A stretch of 64,000 nucleotides of DNA, taken from assembly GCA_018817165.1 (NCBI GenBank), contig JAHITY010000070.1, forward strand, positions 363 through 64,362, read 5' to 3'. Both the position numbers and the translations under genes were made by a program. The DNA is from Candidatus Omnitrophota bacterium (GTDB taxonomy: Bacteria; Omnitrophota; Gorgyraeia; B26-G9). The notes below the pieces were generated by a model. It was given only the letters and a program-made list of their open reading frames with translations, had not been told where the DNA came from and made no database searches. Of this stretch, positions 37,998 to 47,718 are shown in pieces (position 1 is the first letter of the stretch; the number at the start of each line of letters is the position of its first letter).

Positions 37998-38887
37998 TTA
38001 TGATAATTATAAATGTTAAGAAAAACATATATACAGCTGAAGGACTTTTGGATCTAAAAGTTAAGATTAATGTCCCAAAGCAGGAGTTTATAACTATTTT
38101 TGGTAAATCCGGGGTAGGCAAAACAACGCTTTTGCGGATGATTGCCGGATTGCTTGATCCTGATGATGGATTTATTCAGGTTGATGATGTGGTGTGGTTT
38201 GATAAACAAAAAAAGATTAATTTGCCAGCAGATAGAAGGAACTTGGGTTTTGTGTTTCAAGAATACAATCTTTTTCCAAACATGTCTATTCGTGATAATT
38301 TACGCTTTGCTTTTAAGTCAAAACCCGATGAGCCGCTGATTGATTATTTACTGTCCAGAGCAAATCTTACTAAGGTTGAGAATTTAAAGCCGGATATTTT
38401 GTCGGGAGGCCAGAAGCAAAGAGCGGCATTGATGCGGGCATTGGTAAAAAAACCAAAGATATTTTTATTGGATGAGCCTTTATCCGCTCTAGAAGAATCA
38501 ATGCGGCAGAATATGCAGGATTTGATTTTAGAATTATTTGAAGAATTAAAAGTATCGGTTTTTCTAGTCAGCCATGATTTGGGCGAAATATTTAAATTAT
38601 CGAATAAAGTAGTTGTTATTGATAAAGGAAAGATCATTAACCAGGGATCGCCTTTGGAGGTTTTTGCTCCAGGTGATATTAGCTGTAAATTTAAATTCGA
38701 AGGAGTTATCCTTTCAATTAAAAAAGCGGATTTGGTTTATATTGTTGTTGTGAAAATAAATAATCAGTTCGCGCAAGTTGTGGCAACAGAGGAAGAAATT
38801 AAAGGGCTGAAATTCGGAGATCATGTGATTGTGGGGTCAAAAGCATTTAATCCGGTTATTTTTAAAGCAAATAAGCAATGCGTATAA
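37991..38887 (+). CDS. modC: Molybdate ABC transporter ATP-binding protein ModC (C-terminal TOBE domain)
   Basis: Walker A GKSGVGKTT, LSGGQKQRAALMRAL, FLLDEPLSALE, C-terminal TOBE. True start may be the ATG at 38000. Confidence 0.85.
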   Translation: MLIMIIINVKKNIYTAEGLLDLKVKINVPKQEFITIFGKSGVGKTTLLRMIAGLLDPDDGFIQVDDVVWFDKQKKINLPADRRNLGFVFQEYNLFPNMSIRDNLRFAFKSKPDEPLIDYLLSRANLTKVENLKPDILSGGQKQRAALMRALVKKPKIFLLDEPLSALEESMRQNMQDLILELFEELKVSVFLVSHDLGEIFKLSNKVVVIDKGKIINQGSPLEVFAPGDISCKFKFEGVILSIKKADLVYIVVVKINNQFAQVVATEEEIKGLKFGDHVIVGSKAFNPVIFKANKQCV

Positions 38888-39321
38888 GGCAAGCAAACAA
38901 ACAAGATATCAATCAAATGGCAGATCTTTTAGAAGTTCTGTTCTTAATTGAAAGTGACTTTACAATCAATCGCGATAAGCAGATGTTCGGGTTGCGGATG
39001 CTTATAGATGATCCAAGTAAAGGAATTGTTTTTGTCGCAGACAATGATGGAAAAGTAATCGCGATGTGTGCCTTGCATTATGTGATCTCAACGGCTCAAG
39101 GAGGAGTGGTTGGCTTGATCGAGGATATGATAGTGAAAGTTAATCATAGGCACAAAGGTATTGGCAGTAAATTACTTGAGCGGATTATTGAATATGCAAG
39201 AGTAAAAAATTTAAGCCGGATTCAGCTTTTAGCAGATAAAGATAATCATATAGCCTTGAAGTTTTATGAAAAGATGCAATTTAAAAATACAAAATTAATT
39301 GCTTTGAGATTAATGGTTTGA
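38878..39321 (+). CDS. GNAT family N-acetyltransferase embedded in the nif/mod operon
   Basis: RHKGIGSKLL acetyl-CoA motif. Overlaps the modC stop by 10 nt. Confidence 0.7.
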   Translation: MRIRQANKQDINQMADLLEVLFLIESDFTINRDKQMFGLRMLIDDPSKGIVFVADNDGKVIAMCALHYVISTAQGGVVGLIEDMIVKVNHRHKGIGSKLLERIIEYARVKNLSRIQLLADKDNHIALKFYEKMQFKNTKLIALRLMV

Positions 39322-39336
39322 CCGGTAAGTAATTTT

Positions 39337-39365
39337 TTGACAAATTAGTGTTTTCAGTGTATACT
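39337..39365 (+). promoter_or_regulatory. sigma70-type promoter upstream of the nifA-like gene
   Basis: TTGACA, 17-nt spacer, TATACT. Confidence 0.55.
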
Positions 39366-39492
39366 TTATTCAGATGTGACAGAGGAGTCTTTCTAAGTGA
39401 TGGTGCTTAAGAAAGGCTCCTCTTTTTTATTTTTTGGAGCAAATACGCAAATTGGCGGGTATGTCCAGATAAAAGGCGAATTGATTGAGGTT

Positions 39493-41037
39493 ATGGAAAT
39501 GAATAAAAATATTAAAAGAGAAATCCAGGAATTGTCATTGCTATTTGAGATCAGCCAGACCTTTAACAAAGGTTGGGGATTGGAAAAAGCATTGCCTCCG
39601 GTGCTTAAGATAATGGCAGAACATATGGGGTTGCAATATGGCACTTTAGCGATTTTAAATCGAGAGACAAATAATATCTCTATTGAATTGGCTTATGCTC
39701 TTTCTTCTGAAGAAAGAGCCAGGGGAATATATAAAATCGGAGAAGGGATAACCGGTAAAGTTGTGGAATCCGGACAGCCGATTGCGGTTGCTAATGTTTT
39801 TGACGACCCTAAGTTTCTGAATAAGACAAAAGCCAGGAAAAACACGAATAAAGAACCAATTTCCTTTATTTGTGTTCCGATTAAGATCGAAGAAAGGGTT
39901 CTTGGCACCCTAAGCGCGGATAGGTTGATTGATCAAAATGTGAGCTTAAAGGATGATCTTAGGTTATTATCGATCATTGCCCTGATCATTGCCCAGTCAG
40001 TTAATGCTCATCAAAAGCTGCACGAAGAAGAGGAATTATTAAGAAGCGAGAATGAACGATTGCAGGTTGAACTAAAGCAAATACATCAGCCGGAAAATAT
40101 GATCGGTAATTCAAAGGCAATGCGGGAAGTATATAATCTGATTGAGAAAGTGGCAAAAAATGATACTACAGTATTTATTTCCGGTGCTAGCGGAGTAGGA
40201 AAGGAATTAGTTGCTTCGGCGATTCATTATCATAGTTTGCGGGCCAATAAACCGTTTATTAAGGTGAATTGCGCGGCTTTGCCGGAAAGTCTAGCGGAAA
40301 GTGAATTGTTTGGTCATGAAAAAGGAGCTTTTACCGGAGCTTTACAAGCGCGTAAGGGTAGATTCGAATTGGCTGATGGCGGCACGCTTTTTTTAGATGA
40401 AGTGGCTGATCTGCCGGCATCCGCGCAGGTTAAATTGCTACGAGTTCTTCAAGAAAATGAATTTGAAAGAGTGGGCGGTGAAAAATCAATTAAAATTGAT
40501 GTGCGGATAATAACCGCGACGAATCGCGATATCGCGAATATGTTAAAAGAGGAAACATTTAGGGAAGATTTGTATTTTCGCTTAAATGTTTTTCCGATAC
40601 ATGTTCCTTCTTTGAAAGCCAGAAAAACAGATATTATGCTGTTGGCGGATAGTTTTATTGATAAATTTAATAAGAAGCTTAATAAAAATATTAAGCGCAT
40701 AACAACAGCAGCGATTGATATGATGATGAGCTATCATTGGCCAGGCAATGTTCGGGAGCTGGAAAATGTGATGGAAAGAGCTATTTTAATGGCCAGTGAT
40801 AATGTGATTCATTCTTATAATCTGCCGGCTAGTTTACAGACAGCGGAACAAAGTAATACCCTATTTAAGGGTACGTTGCAGTCAATACTAGATAGTGTGG
40901 AAAAAGATATTATTGTTGATGCTTTAAAATCAGCTAAAGGGATTGGGCATCAAGCTTCAATAGTTTTGGGATTGTCGGACCGGATTCTGGGCTTGAGATT
41001 GAAAAAATATAAGCTTAATCCCCGGGATTACCGATAA
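39493..41037 (+). CDS. nifA: NifA-like sigma54-dependent transcriptional activator (GAF + AAA+ + HTH)
   Basis: N-terminal GAF, sigma54-interaction domain (GASGVGKE, ESELFGHEKGAFTGA, GGTLFLDEV), C-terminal Fis-type HTH. No interdomain CxxxxC motif. ORF-track start 39397 lies upstream of the predicted promoter, so start placed at the ATG at 39493. Confidence 0.8.
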   Translation: MEMNKNIKREIQELSLLFEISQTFNKGWGLEKALPPVLKIMAEHMGLQYGTLAILNRETNNISIELAYALSSEERARGIYKIGEGITGKVVESGQPIAVANVFDDPKFLNKTKARKNTNKEPISFICVPIKIEERVLGTLSADRLIDQNVSLKDDLRLLSIIALIIAQSVNAHQKLHEEEELLRSENERLQVELKQIHQPENMIGNSKAMREVYNLIEKVAKNDTTVFISGASGVGKELVASAIHYHSLRANKPFIKVNCAALPESLAESELFGHEKGAFTGALQARKGRFELADGGTLFLDEVADLPASAQVKLLRVLQENEFERVGGEKSIKIDVRIITATNRDIANMLKEETFREDLYFRLNVFPIHVPSLKARKTDIMLLADSFIDKFNKKLNKNIKRITTAAIDMMMSYHWPGNVRELENVMERAILMASDNVIHSYNLPASLQTAEQSNTLFKGTLQSILDSVEKDIIVDALKSAKGIGHQASIVLGLSDRILGLRLKKYKLNPRDYR

Positions 41038-41153
41038 ACAGTGTCCAAGTGTTGATCAGTTAGCCTGTTAACCAGTTGACTTTATAATTATTTATGGTAT
41101 GATTGGTAAAAGTTATTTTATATAGTATAAGATTTAAAAAGGAGGATTTAGCA

Positions 41154-41702
41154 GTGAAAAAAGTATTAATGATAGCTCTTATGATAACTATGGCATTAAC
41201 GATTACATCTAATGCATTTGCAGTGACTACATTTGCTAGTTGGTATTGGGGGGATACAATTCAAACAAATCCAGTAGATTACACCTATACAGCAGATCCA
41301 TCAGAGTCTGTGCTTTTGCCGGTTGTTTTTAATTTTAATCCACTTGTAGAGTCTGTGCAAATCTGTAGTACTGGTTTTAATGTTCTTTATACAGGAACAG
41401 GATCCGGAACATGGGAGCTAGTGACTAGCGCAAGTACTGTATCTTCAGGGCCAAATACACTTTTTCAGATAGTAGGCGGAGGGGGTACTCTTCCTGAAGG
41501 TTTGTTTACTCCAGATGAAGATAACCCTTTATATTTTAATGTTGTTTACTTTGGGGGTTTTCTAATGCCAGCATCTGCTTTAAATTCATTTTCTATTACA
41601 GTAGCTGAACAGGGGGGAAATCCTGTTCCAGAGCCAGCAACAATGATACTTCTTGGTAGCGGATTAATAGGTTTATTTGCTTCCAAAAGACGTAAAGCTT
41701 AA
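41154..41702 (+). CDS. PEP-CTERM sorting-domain secreted protein
   Basis: Signal peptide (MKKVLMIALMITMALTITSNAFA from a GTG start after AAAGGAGGA). C-terminal VPEPATMILLGSGLIGLFASKRRKA. Confidence 0.8.
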   Translation: MKKVLMIALMITMALTITSNAFAVTTFASWYWGDTIQTNPVDYTYTADPSESVLLPVVFNFNPLVESVQICSTGFNVLYTGTGSGTWELVTSASTVSSGPNTLFQIVGGGGTLPEGLFTPDEDNPLYFNVVYFGGFLMPASALNSFSITVAEQGGNPVPEPATMILLGSGLIGLFASKRRKA

Positions 41703-41727
41703 AATATAAATAAACTAATATTTCTAA

Positions 41728-41762
41728 GGGCATCTCATTTATTTGAGATGCCTTTTTTTAAA
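41728..41762 (+). terminator. Rho-independent terminator
   Basis: GGGCATCTCA-tttatt-TGAGATGCC followed by TTTTTTTT. Confidence 0.85.
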
Positions 41763-41979
41763 AAGGAGTTATTGTAAATTACAAGGCGTAAGATTCAAGC
41801 GTATAAAGTTTTTAAAGTAAAAATTTTGTTAGCTGTTAGTTTTTTTTGCGCGATAGTAATATTATTTTTACTTTACAAATTTTATTAGTATCGGCCAAGT
41901 CACGCCGTTGCCATACTTTATGCTTTATTCTAATTGCTATACGCTGCTTTTGTGCTTTTTATTTTCTGCTTTTTATATT

Positions 41980-42099
41980 TTGTCTTGTCCTAATATAGTG
42001 GACACTATTTTTTTAATATTACGGTGTGCTTATTTCGCAAAAACACGTCTTTTAGCTAAGCCTGAGCCTGCAATGTGCAGTCTCAGCCGCGCGTTCTCA
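41980..42099 (-). repeat. Intergenic repeat R2, copy b (inverted relative to copy a)
   Basis: The reverse complement matches 23277-23395 along its ~120-nt length at roughly 85% identity by eye. Confidence 0.7.
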
Positions 42100-42192
42100 C
42101 TAATGATTCCGAAAATATCAGCTAGAGCGCAGCTATTTTGAACTAAATTCGAGCAGGCTGACTTGACCTCGCTAACACTCCGTAAGCCAGGC
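42099..42192. repeat. Intergenic repeat R1, copy c
   Basis: ACTAATGATTCCGAAAATATCAGCTAGAGCGCAGCTATTTTGAACTAAATTCGAGCAGGCTGACTTGACCTCGC. Shares ~90 nt with copy a. Confidence 0.65.
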
Positions 42193-42467
42193 TCTTATTT
42201 AAAGCGCCGCTAAAAGAGAATTTTTGCCCCTCGAATTAACTATTAGCTATCAATTATCATATTTTTTATGCTTTATTTTTCTTCCTGATTTTGCTTTTCT
42301 GTACGCTAAGCCCTAAACGCTAATCGCTGTTATATATAATTTATTGACAATCCTTGCTAAAACCCGGAAAATGTTAACATAGCTTGAATATTGCTATATC
42401 AAAGATAGGACGTCTTTCCTTATTGTTCAGAACAAACTCCTGGGATTAATATTATTGGAAGAGAATT

Positions 42468-43145
42468 ATGCGCATATTATTAGTCGAAGATGAAAAGAAA
42501 ATTGCCAGTTTTATTGAGCGAGGGCTCAAAGCGCACCGCTATGTCGTGGATACTGCTGTTGACGGGGAAACTGGCCTTGAGCTGGCTGAAGTAAATTCTT
42601 ATGATTTGATTATCTTAGATATTATGCTTCCCGGTAAAGACGGGATTACCGTGTGCAAAGAGCTTAGAGATCAGGGGCTTGAAAGTCCGATAATGATGTT
42701 AACAGCTAAAAGCTCAGTGGCGGATAAGGTACATGCTTTACATTCAGGAGCGGATGATTATTTGGTTAAGCCTTTTTCCTTTGAAGAATTTACTGCCCGC
42801 GTCGCGGCTTTACTGCGCCGGACACGGAAGGAAAAGAGTTCGATCTTAGAAGCAGGCGATATTGTACTTGACCAGATGACGCATAAGGTGAAAAAGGCGG
42901 ACAAAGAAATAGCGCTTACTCCTAAGGAGTACAGTCTTTTGGAATATTTTATGCTCCATGCTGATCAGGTAATAACCCGGACAATGATTTCTGAGCATGT
43001 TTGGAATGAAGATTTTGATAGTTTTTCCAATATTATTGATGTGTTTGTTAATAATTTAAGAAGCAAGCTTGATTCTGACCGCAAAAAAAGCTGCATTCAA
43101 ACTGTCCGCGGTGTAGGTTATACTTTAAAGAGCAAATCCGGATGA
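42468..43145 (+). CDS. OmpR-family response regulator
   Basis: Receiver domain (LLVEDE, ILDIMLPGKDG, KSSVADK) and winged-helix output domain. Confidence 0.9.
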   Translation: MRILLVEDEKKIASFIERGLKAHRYVVDTAVDGETGLELAEVNSYDLIILDIMLPGKDGITVCKELRDQGLESPIMMLTAKSSVADKVHALHSGADDYLVKPFSFEEFTARVAALLRRTRKEKSSILEAGDIVLDQMTHKVKKADKEIALTPKEYSLLEYFMLHADQVITRTMISEHVWNEDFDSFSNIIDVFVNNLRSKLDSDRKKSCIQTVRGVGYTLKSKSG

Positions 43146-44632
43146 AAATTAATTCGATTAAATTCAAACTTTGTGTTTTGTATGTCGGCACTTTGGGTTT
43201 GATTCTGGTGGGCTATCGCGCTGTGCTTTATTATAATCTTTATCAAACTCTTTATCGTGATTCAGATACTCGATTGATTGCCAAGGCAACTGAAGTCCGG
43301 AAAAACCTGAGAATTTTTACTGCTCCGTTTAGGGAATCAAAAAGAGCGGTTATCTTCGGCGCACGAAGAATGCTGGGAGTAGAAGTTGTATATCCGGATA
43401 AAGAGCAGCTGATGCGCATAGAAAAAGTATGGCTGAAAACAAGAGAAGAATTAGGTTTGAACAAGGATTATATTAATCTTTTAAATGAAGACGGCAAAAC
43501 GATTGTTAGTTCGCCGAACATTGATAAAGGTTTGAGTAGTTTTCTCGAAGCTTACGCAAAGACAGATAATGCTCAGCCGGCTTTTTACAATATAGTTTAT
43601 AAGGAAAGCCTGAATTTAAGAATAATCGTTATGCCGGTTGAATTTGCTGATTTGGGGAAATACACGCTGCAAATCGGAATATCCACAGATCCAATTATCT
43701 ATATTTTGCGGGAACGGATAAGTAAAAGCGCAATGAGTATTCCCTGGATTATGCTGGTTGCGGTTATTATCAGCTATTTATTGGTATGGCGAATTCTCCG
43801 TCCGGTCAAACAGGTTACTAAGATTGCTAATGATATTTCGCATAAAAATCTTAGCGCAAGGGTAAATGTACGAAATATTGATCAAGAAATGAAACCGCTT
43901 GCCGAAGCATTTAATGATATGATTGAAAGGCTGGAAGAATCGTTTACCTATGTTGAAGATTTTAGTTCATATGTCGCGCATGAGCTGAGAACACCGCTAA
44001 CAATTATTAAGGGCGAGACAGAGGTAGCTTTACAAACTGACCCATCGCCTGAAGAATCTAAATTAGTTATGGAATCCAATTTGCAGGAAGTAGAAAGAAT
44101 GCTCAAGACAATAGACCATTTGTTATTGCTGGCGGATATGAATTATCGTAAGCAGTCAATTAACTTTGAACGAATTGAAGTAAGCGAATTTTTAAAAGAC
44201 ATTTGTGAAAAAAGCACAATCTTGGCAGCAGTAAAACAGATCACGATCAATCTGGAGGTTTCGCAAAGTAAAATAGAGCTGATGGCTAATCGTAATGAAC
44301 TGCGCAGATTATTTTTTAATCTGATTGATAATGCGATTAAGTTTACTTCGCCAAGCGGGAGGATCGATATTAGTGTTAAACAGCAGAAAAATAAAGTAGA
44401 GATTAATATTAGCGATACAGGAATTGGGATAAAACAAGAAGATATTCCAAAAATATTTAATAAGTTTTATCGTGCTGCAAATAAAGAAAAAAAACCGGGC
44501 AGTGGCTTAGGCTTAGGCATTGCTCAGTCGATTGTTAGAATGCATCAAGGGCGCATTTTAGTAAATAGCGAGCCTAATAAGGGTTCTGTGTTTACGGTAA
44601 TCTTGCCCGTTTATCAACTTGCCAAACATTAA
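43142..44632 (+). CDS. Sensor histidine kinase (2 TM, HAMP, HisKA, HATPase_c)
   Basis: H-box SYVAHELRTPL, N-box LIDNAIKFT, G-boxes DTGIGI and GSGLGLGIA. Confidence 0.9.
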   Translation: MKINSIKFKLCVLYVGTLGLILVGYRAVLYYNLYQTLYRDSDTRLIAKATEVRKNLRIFTAPFRESKRAVIFGARRMLGVEVVYPDKEQLMRIEKVWLKTREELGLNKDYINLLNEDGKTIVSSPNIDKGLSSFLEAYAKTDNAQPAFYNIVYKESLNLRIIVMPVEFADLGKYTLQIGISTDPIIYILRERISKSAMSIPWIMLVAVIISYLLVWRILRPVKQVTKIANDISHKNLSARVNVRNIDQEMKPLAEAFNDMIERLEESFTYVEDFSSYVAHELRTPLTIIKGETEVALQTDPSPEESKLVMESNLQEVERMLKTIDHLLLLADMNYRKQSINFERIEVSEFLKDICEKSTILAAVKQITINLEVSQSKIELMANRNELRRLFFNLIDNAIKFTSPSGRIDISVKQQKNKVEINISDTGIGIKQEDIPKIFNKFYRAANKEKKPGSGLGLGIAQSIVRMHQGRILVNSEPNKGSVFTVILPVYQLAKH

Positions 44633-44703
44633 GAAAAATTAATCTTATCTTCATCTTCTCTTAATTATCATTTGTATATACTTCATAAAAAAAGGACGTA
44701 TAT

Positions 44704-45174
44704 ATGAATAAAAAGAGAAACCTTTTATCTCCGAGAGAGAATCTTACGCAGTATTTTTCAGTTAATAATCAAAATATTATTTCAGGAAAAATCAGGATAT
44801 TATTAGTATTCGCAATTTTTCTAACTGCGCTAAGTTCTGAAAATTTGTTTGCGGCTAATCAAATGGCTATTGACAGCTATTCTTTTAAGATTGTCAGCGC
44901 GCCTTTAGATTCGACTTCACCCTATACGCTGGGGCATTTACCATTAAAAAGTGCCGTTGAAGTTAGCGCTGAGACAAATATCATTGTGCATATTAAAGAT
45001 GATGGCGCGGGAGTAGATATTAATTCTATTAAAATGAGTGTTAACGGCCAGATCGTTAGTCCGGTTATTAGCGGAACTCCCAGTGAGTATGTCTTGAATT
45101 ATAATCCTTCTACGAATTTTGCTATTGGGCAACAGGTATTTGTAACTATTCAAGCAAGTGACCTTGCCCCTTAA
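44704..45174 (+). CDS. Secreted protein, paralogue of the N-terminal domain of the downstream 825-aa protein
   Basis: Signal peptide. Shares the DSYSFKIVSAPLD / YVLNYNP pattern with residues ~45-190 of the next protein. Confidence 0.6.
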   Translation: MNKKRNLLSPRENLTQYFSVNNQNIISGKIRILLVFAIFLTALSSENLFAANQMAIDSYSFKIVSAPLDSTSPYTLGHLPLKSAVEVSAETNIIVHIKDDGAGVDINSIKMSVNGQIVSPVISGTPSEYVLNYNPSTNFAIGQQVFVTIQASDLAP

Positions 45175-45195
45175 ACGAAAGTAATAAGTAAAAAA

Positions 45196-47673
45196 ATGAT
45201 AAGTTTTATAAGCAAGATTTTTTATAGAAATAGTATATGGTTTGTGAAGTGTGTCCAGACGGGTATTTCACTGTTTTTGATTTTTGGATTACTTGCAGGC
45301 AATGTTTATGCCGGAAACGTAATGCTCACGGACAAGTATACATTTTGGATAATTTCCAATGCTTTAGATGAAGCAGCGCCGATTGTCCAAGAATGTTCTC
45401 CACAAGCAAATGCCTCGGATATCTCCCGATCAACTAATATTAAAGCTTGTATCTTTGATGCCCAATCAGATATAGATTACACATCAATCGATATGGCTGT
45501 AAATGGCGCGCTGATCATAAGCAATGGGATTGTTCAGACTTATCAAGATGTTTCGGGCAATACTCTGTACTATCAAGTCGAAATAGTCGAGAAAACCGCT
45601 AATGATTATGTCTTAATGTATGATCCTGTTGAGTGTTTTAATTATGAAGAAAATGTGCGGGTAACCTTAAACGCGGCAGATGTTAAAGGCAATCAAATTA
45701 ATTCCTATGATTATTCTTTTAAAATTCAGAATTTTCAAATCGGAGCAGTCAGTTCTTTTTTTAATGCGGCACCTTTAAATATTAGTTTAGCAGCGCAAAC
45801 ATCTGATACCGGATTTATGCAGGATCATTCTGTGATTGCCAATTCAGTTGATGGCAAATATGTGTTTATTGCTTGGGAACAACGCAGCAGTACAGGTATC
45901 TGGGATATTTACTGTGTAAAATCAAATGATTTTGGCAAAACTTTTTCCGCTCCAATGAGAGTAAATCCTGACGCAGCCGGCGCGGAACAACGTTCCCCGA
46001 GCATTGCTTTAGATGGCTTAAATAATGCGTACATCAGCTGGCAGCAAAAAGCAGTTTCCGGAGATTGGGATATTTATATCGCGAAAATTAACAGCGATGA
46101 AACTTTCTTTAGCACGAGCAAGCGGATATATGCTGATTATAATTCGACGGATCAAATATTGCCATCAATCACAGTGGGCCCAGCACTGCAAAGTGACGGC
46201 CTTTCTTGGACCCAGGAGCCGTCAACAGTATATGCTGTATGGGTAGAGAGCAATGGTACAGCTTCCAGTGTTCGTTATACACGAACAACTGCTGCTTATA
46301 ATGATGCTTGGGATGTTTTTGTGAGTAATAGTATTCGGATTGATACTGCTCGCGCACAGCAGTGTAAAGACCCAATAATAAAACTGGATGCCAGCGCGAG
46401 AACTTTTGTCGCTTGGCGCGGAGATAATGCTAATGGAACTTCCAGTATTTATTTTGATCGGGCAAATAAGAATATACTTGATGGAAAAGAACTTTTTAGT
46501 ACAGATATTACGGTCAGCAATAGCACTAGTGCGGGAGCAAAACCGGAATTAGAGGTTTCCGCAGATGGGAATAATGTTTATCTGCTTTGGAAAGAACGAT
46601 TATCCGATCAAGCTAATTTAAGGTTTTCCTATTATCGCTATTTAAATGGATATTATACTTTAAACGCGTCCAAAGTCGTTAATTCTGATGTTTTAAGCGA
46701 AGCCGATTTAGGCGAATATGATATTAGCATTGATATCGGCAATGATGTGTCAGTGATCTGGAGCGAGGTTCATAATAATAATCGAGTGATAAATCTGGCT
46801 GGCGCAACTTATAATAACTATACTTTTTCCGAATTTGCCTCTATTGCTACTCCAGGGGTGCAGCAAAATCCTTGCTTAGGTATGGATTCTGTGGGCGGAC
46901 ACTATTATATGTCATGGACAGATAATAGCAATGGGTACGACTCAGTATATTTTTGCCGCAATACTTATATTGTAACTGATGAAATTACCGCGCAAAAAAT
47001 TGATAATAGCATTGGCGGGATTGTTGCTGTCAGCTCGGGAAGCATAGCTGGCACTAAAATTGAAATTGCTCCAGACGCGATTGATGCTCCGATTACAATT
47101 ACAATCGCCGAATCAGTGGGAGCTCCAGAGCCGGATAATGGCTTGATCAGATTGGGTAATGTTGTGGACTTTGGCCCAGGGCAGACAACATTTAAAACTC
47201 CGGCAAGGATTAGTTTGCCTTATAATAATCCAAATGCAATAGATGATAATTTACTAAATGTATATTACTACAATATTGCTGCTTTAAAATGGGAACTGGT
47301 TCCCGGTTGTGCTGTGGATATTGCAAATCAAATGGTTTCAGTGAATATTAACCATTTTTCGATTTATATGGTTGCTGATGGGGCAATAACTGCAGAAAAT
47401 ATTGATTCAACGCAAAGTGGCGGCGGAGGTGGAGGCGGCTGTTTTATTGCTACGGCGGCATTTGGAACCAGCACTGCTGAACAAGTCGATGCTTTGCGTA
47501 AATTTCGAGATCAATATTTATTAACCAATAAATTAGGAATAAGTTTTGTTCAGAACTATTATAAATATAGCCCGCCGTTTGCCGATAAGATCAGGAACAA
47601 TGATCAGATAAAAGTCTTGATTCGAGTATGTCTTAAACCCTTGATTAGCTTAAGCCAGAGTATTTGCCGGTAA
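45196..47673 (+). CDS. Large secreted BNR/Asp-box beta-propeller-like protein with poly-Gly linker and conserved Cys-containing C-terminal domain
   Basis: Signal peptide. SNDFGKTFS BNR motif. Reiterated W...WDIY blades. C-terminal GGGGGGGCFIATAAFGTSTAEQVDALRKFRDQYLL... domain. Confidence 0.7.
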   Translation: MISFISKIFYRNSIWFVKCVQTGISLFLIFGLLAGNVYAGNVMLTDKYTFWIISNALDEAAPIVQECSPQANASDISRSTNIKACIFDAQSDIDYTSIDMAVNGALIISNGIVQTYQDVSGNTLYYQVEIVEKTANDYVLMYDPVECFNYEENVRVTLNAADVKGNQINSYDYSFKIQNFQIGAVSSFFNAAPLNISLAAQTSDTGFMQDHSVIANSVDGKYVFIAWEQRSSTGIWDIYCVKSNDFGKTFSAPMRVNPDAAGAEQRSPSIALDGLNNAYISWQQKAVSGDWDIYIAKINSDETFFSTSKRIYADYNSTDQILPSITVGPALQSDGLSWTQEPSTVYAVWVESNGTASSVRYTRTTAAYNDAWDVFVSNSIRIDTARAQQCKDPIIKLDASARTFVAWRGDNANGTSSIYFDRANKNILDGKELFSTDITVSNSTSAGAKPELEVSADGNNVYLLWKERLSDQANLRFSYYRYLNGYYTLNASKVVNSDVLSEADLGEYDISIDIGNDVSVIWSEVHNNNRVINLAGATYNNYTFSEFASIATPGVQQNPCLGMDSVGGHYYMSWTDNSNGYDSVYFCRNTYIVTDEITAQKIDNSIGGIVAVSSGSIAGTKIEIAPDAIDAPITITIAESVGAPEPDNGLIRLGNVVDFGPGQTTFKTPARISLPYNNPNAIDDNLLNVYYYNIAALKWELVPGCAVDIANQMVSVNINHFSIYMVADGAITAENIDSTQSGGGGGGGCFIATAAFGTSTAEQVDALRKFRDQYLLTNKLGISFVQNYYKYSPPFADKIRNNDQIKVLIRVCLKPLISLSQSICR

Positions 47674-47689
47674 TTTATTTGTTGCTACC

Positions 47690-47718
47690 TTGACAAATTT
47701 TGTCAAATATGATATAAA
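47690..47718 (+). promoter_or_regulatory. Promoter with a perfect 17-bp palindrome (candidate ArsR/BigR-type operator) over the -35
   Basis: TTGACAAATTTTGTCAA, then TATAAA -10 with 17-nt spacing. Confidence 0.55.

Noticed and set aside
39397-39492. Longer NifA start at 39397.
   Set aside because: It lies only ~30 nt downstream of the predicted -10 and lacks an RBS. The internal ATG at 39493/39499 follows GAGG.
44704-45198. The 156-aa and 825-aa secreted proteins are in the same frame separated by one TAA, which suggested another readthrough or pseudogene case.
   Set aside because: Both ORFs have their own RBS and signal peptide, and the 825-aa protein starts with a complete signal sequence. 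The shared frame is a 1-in-3 coincidence, unlike the OMP case at 50452.
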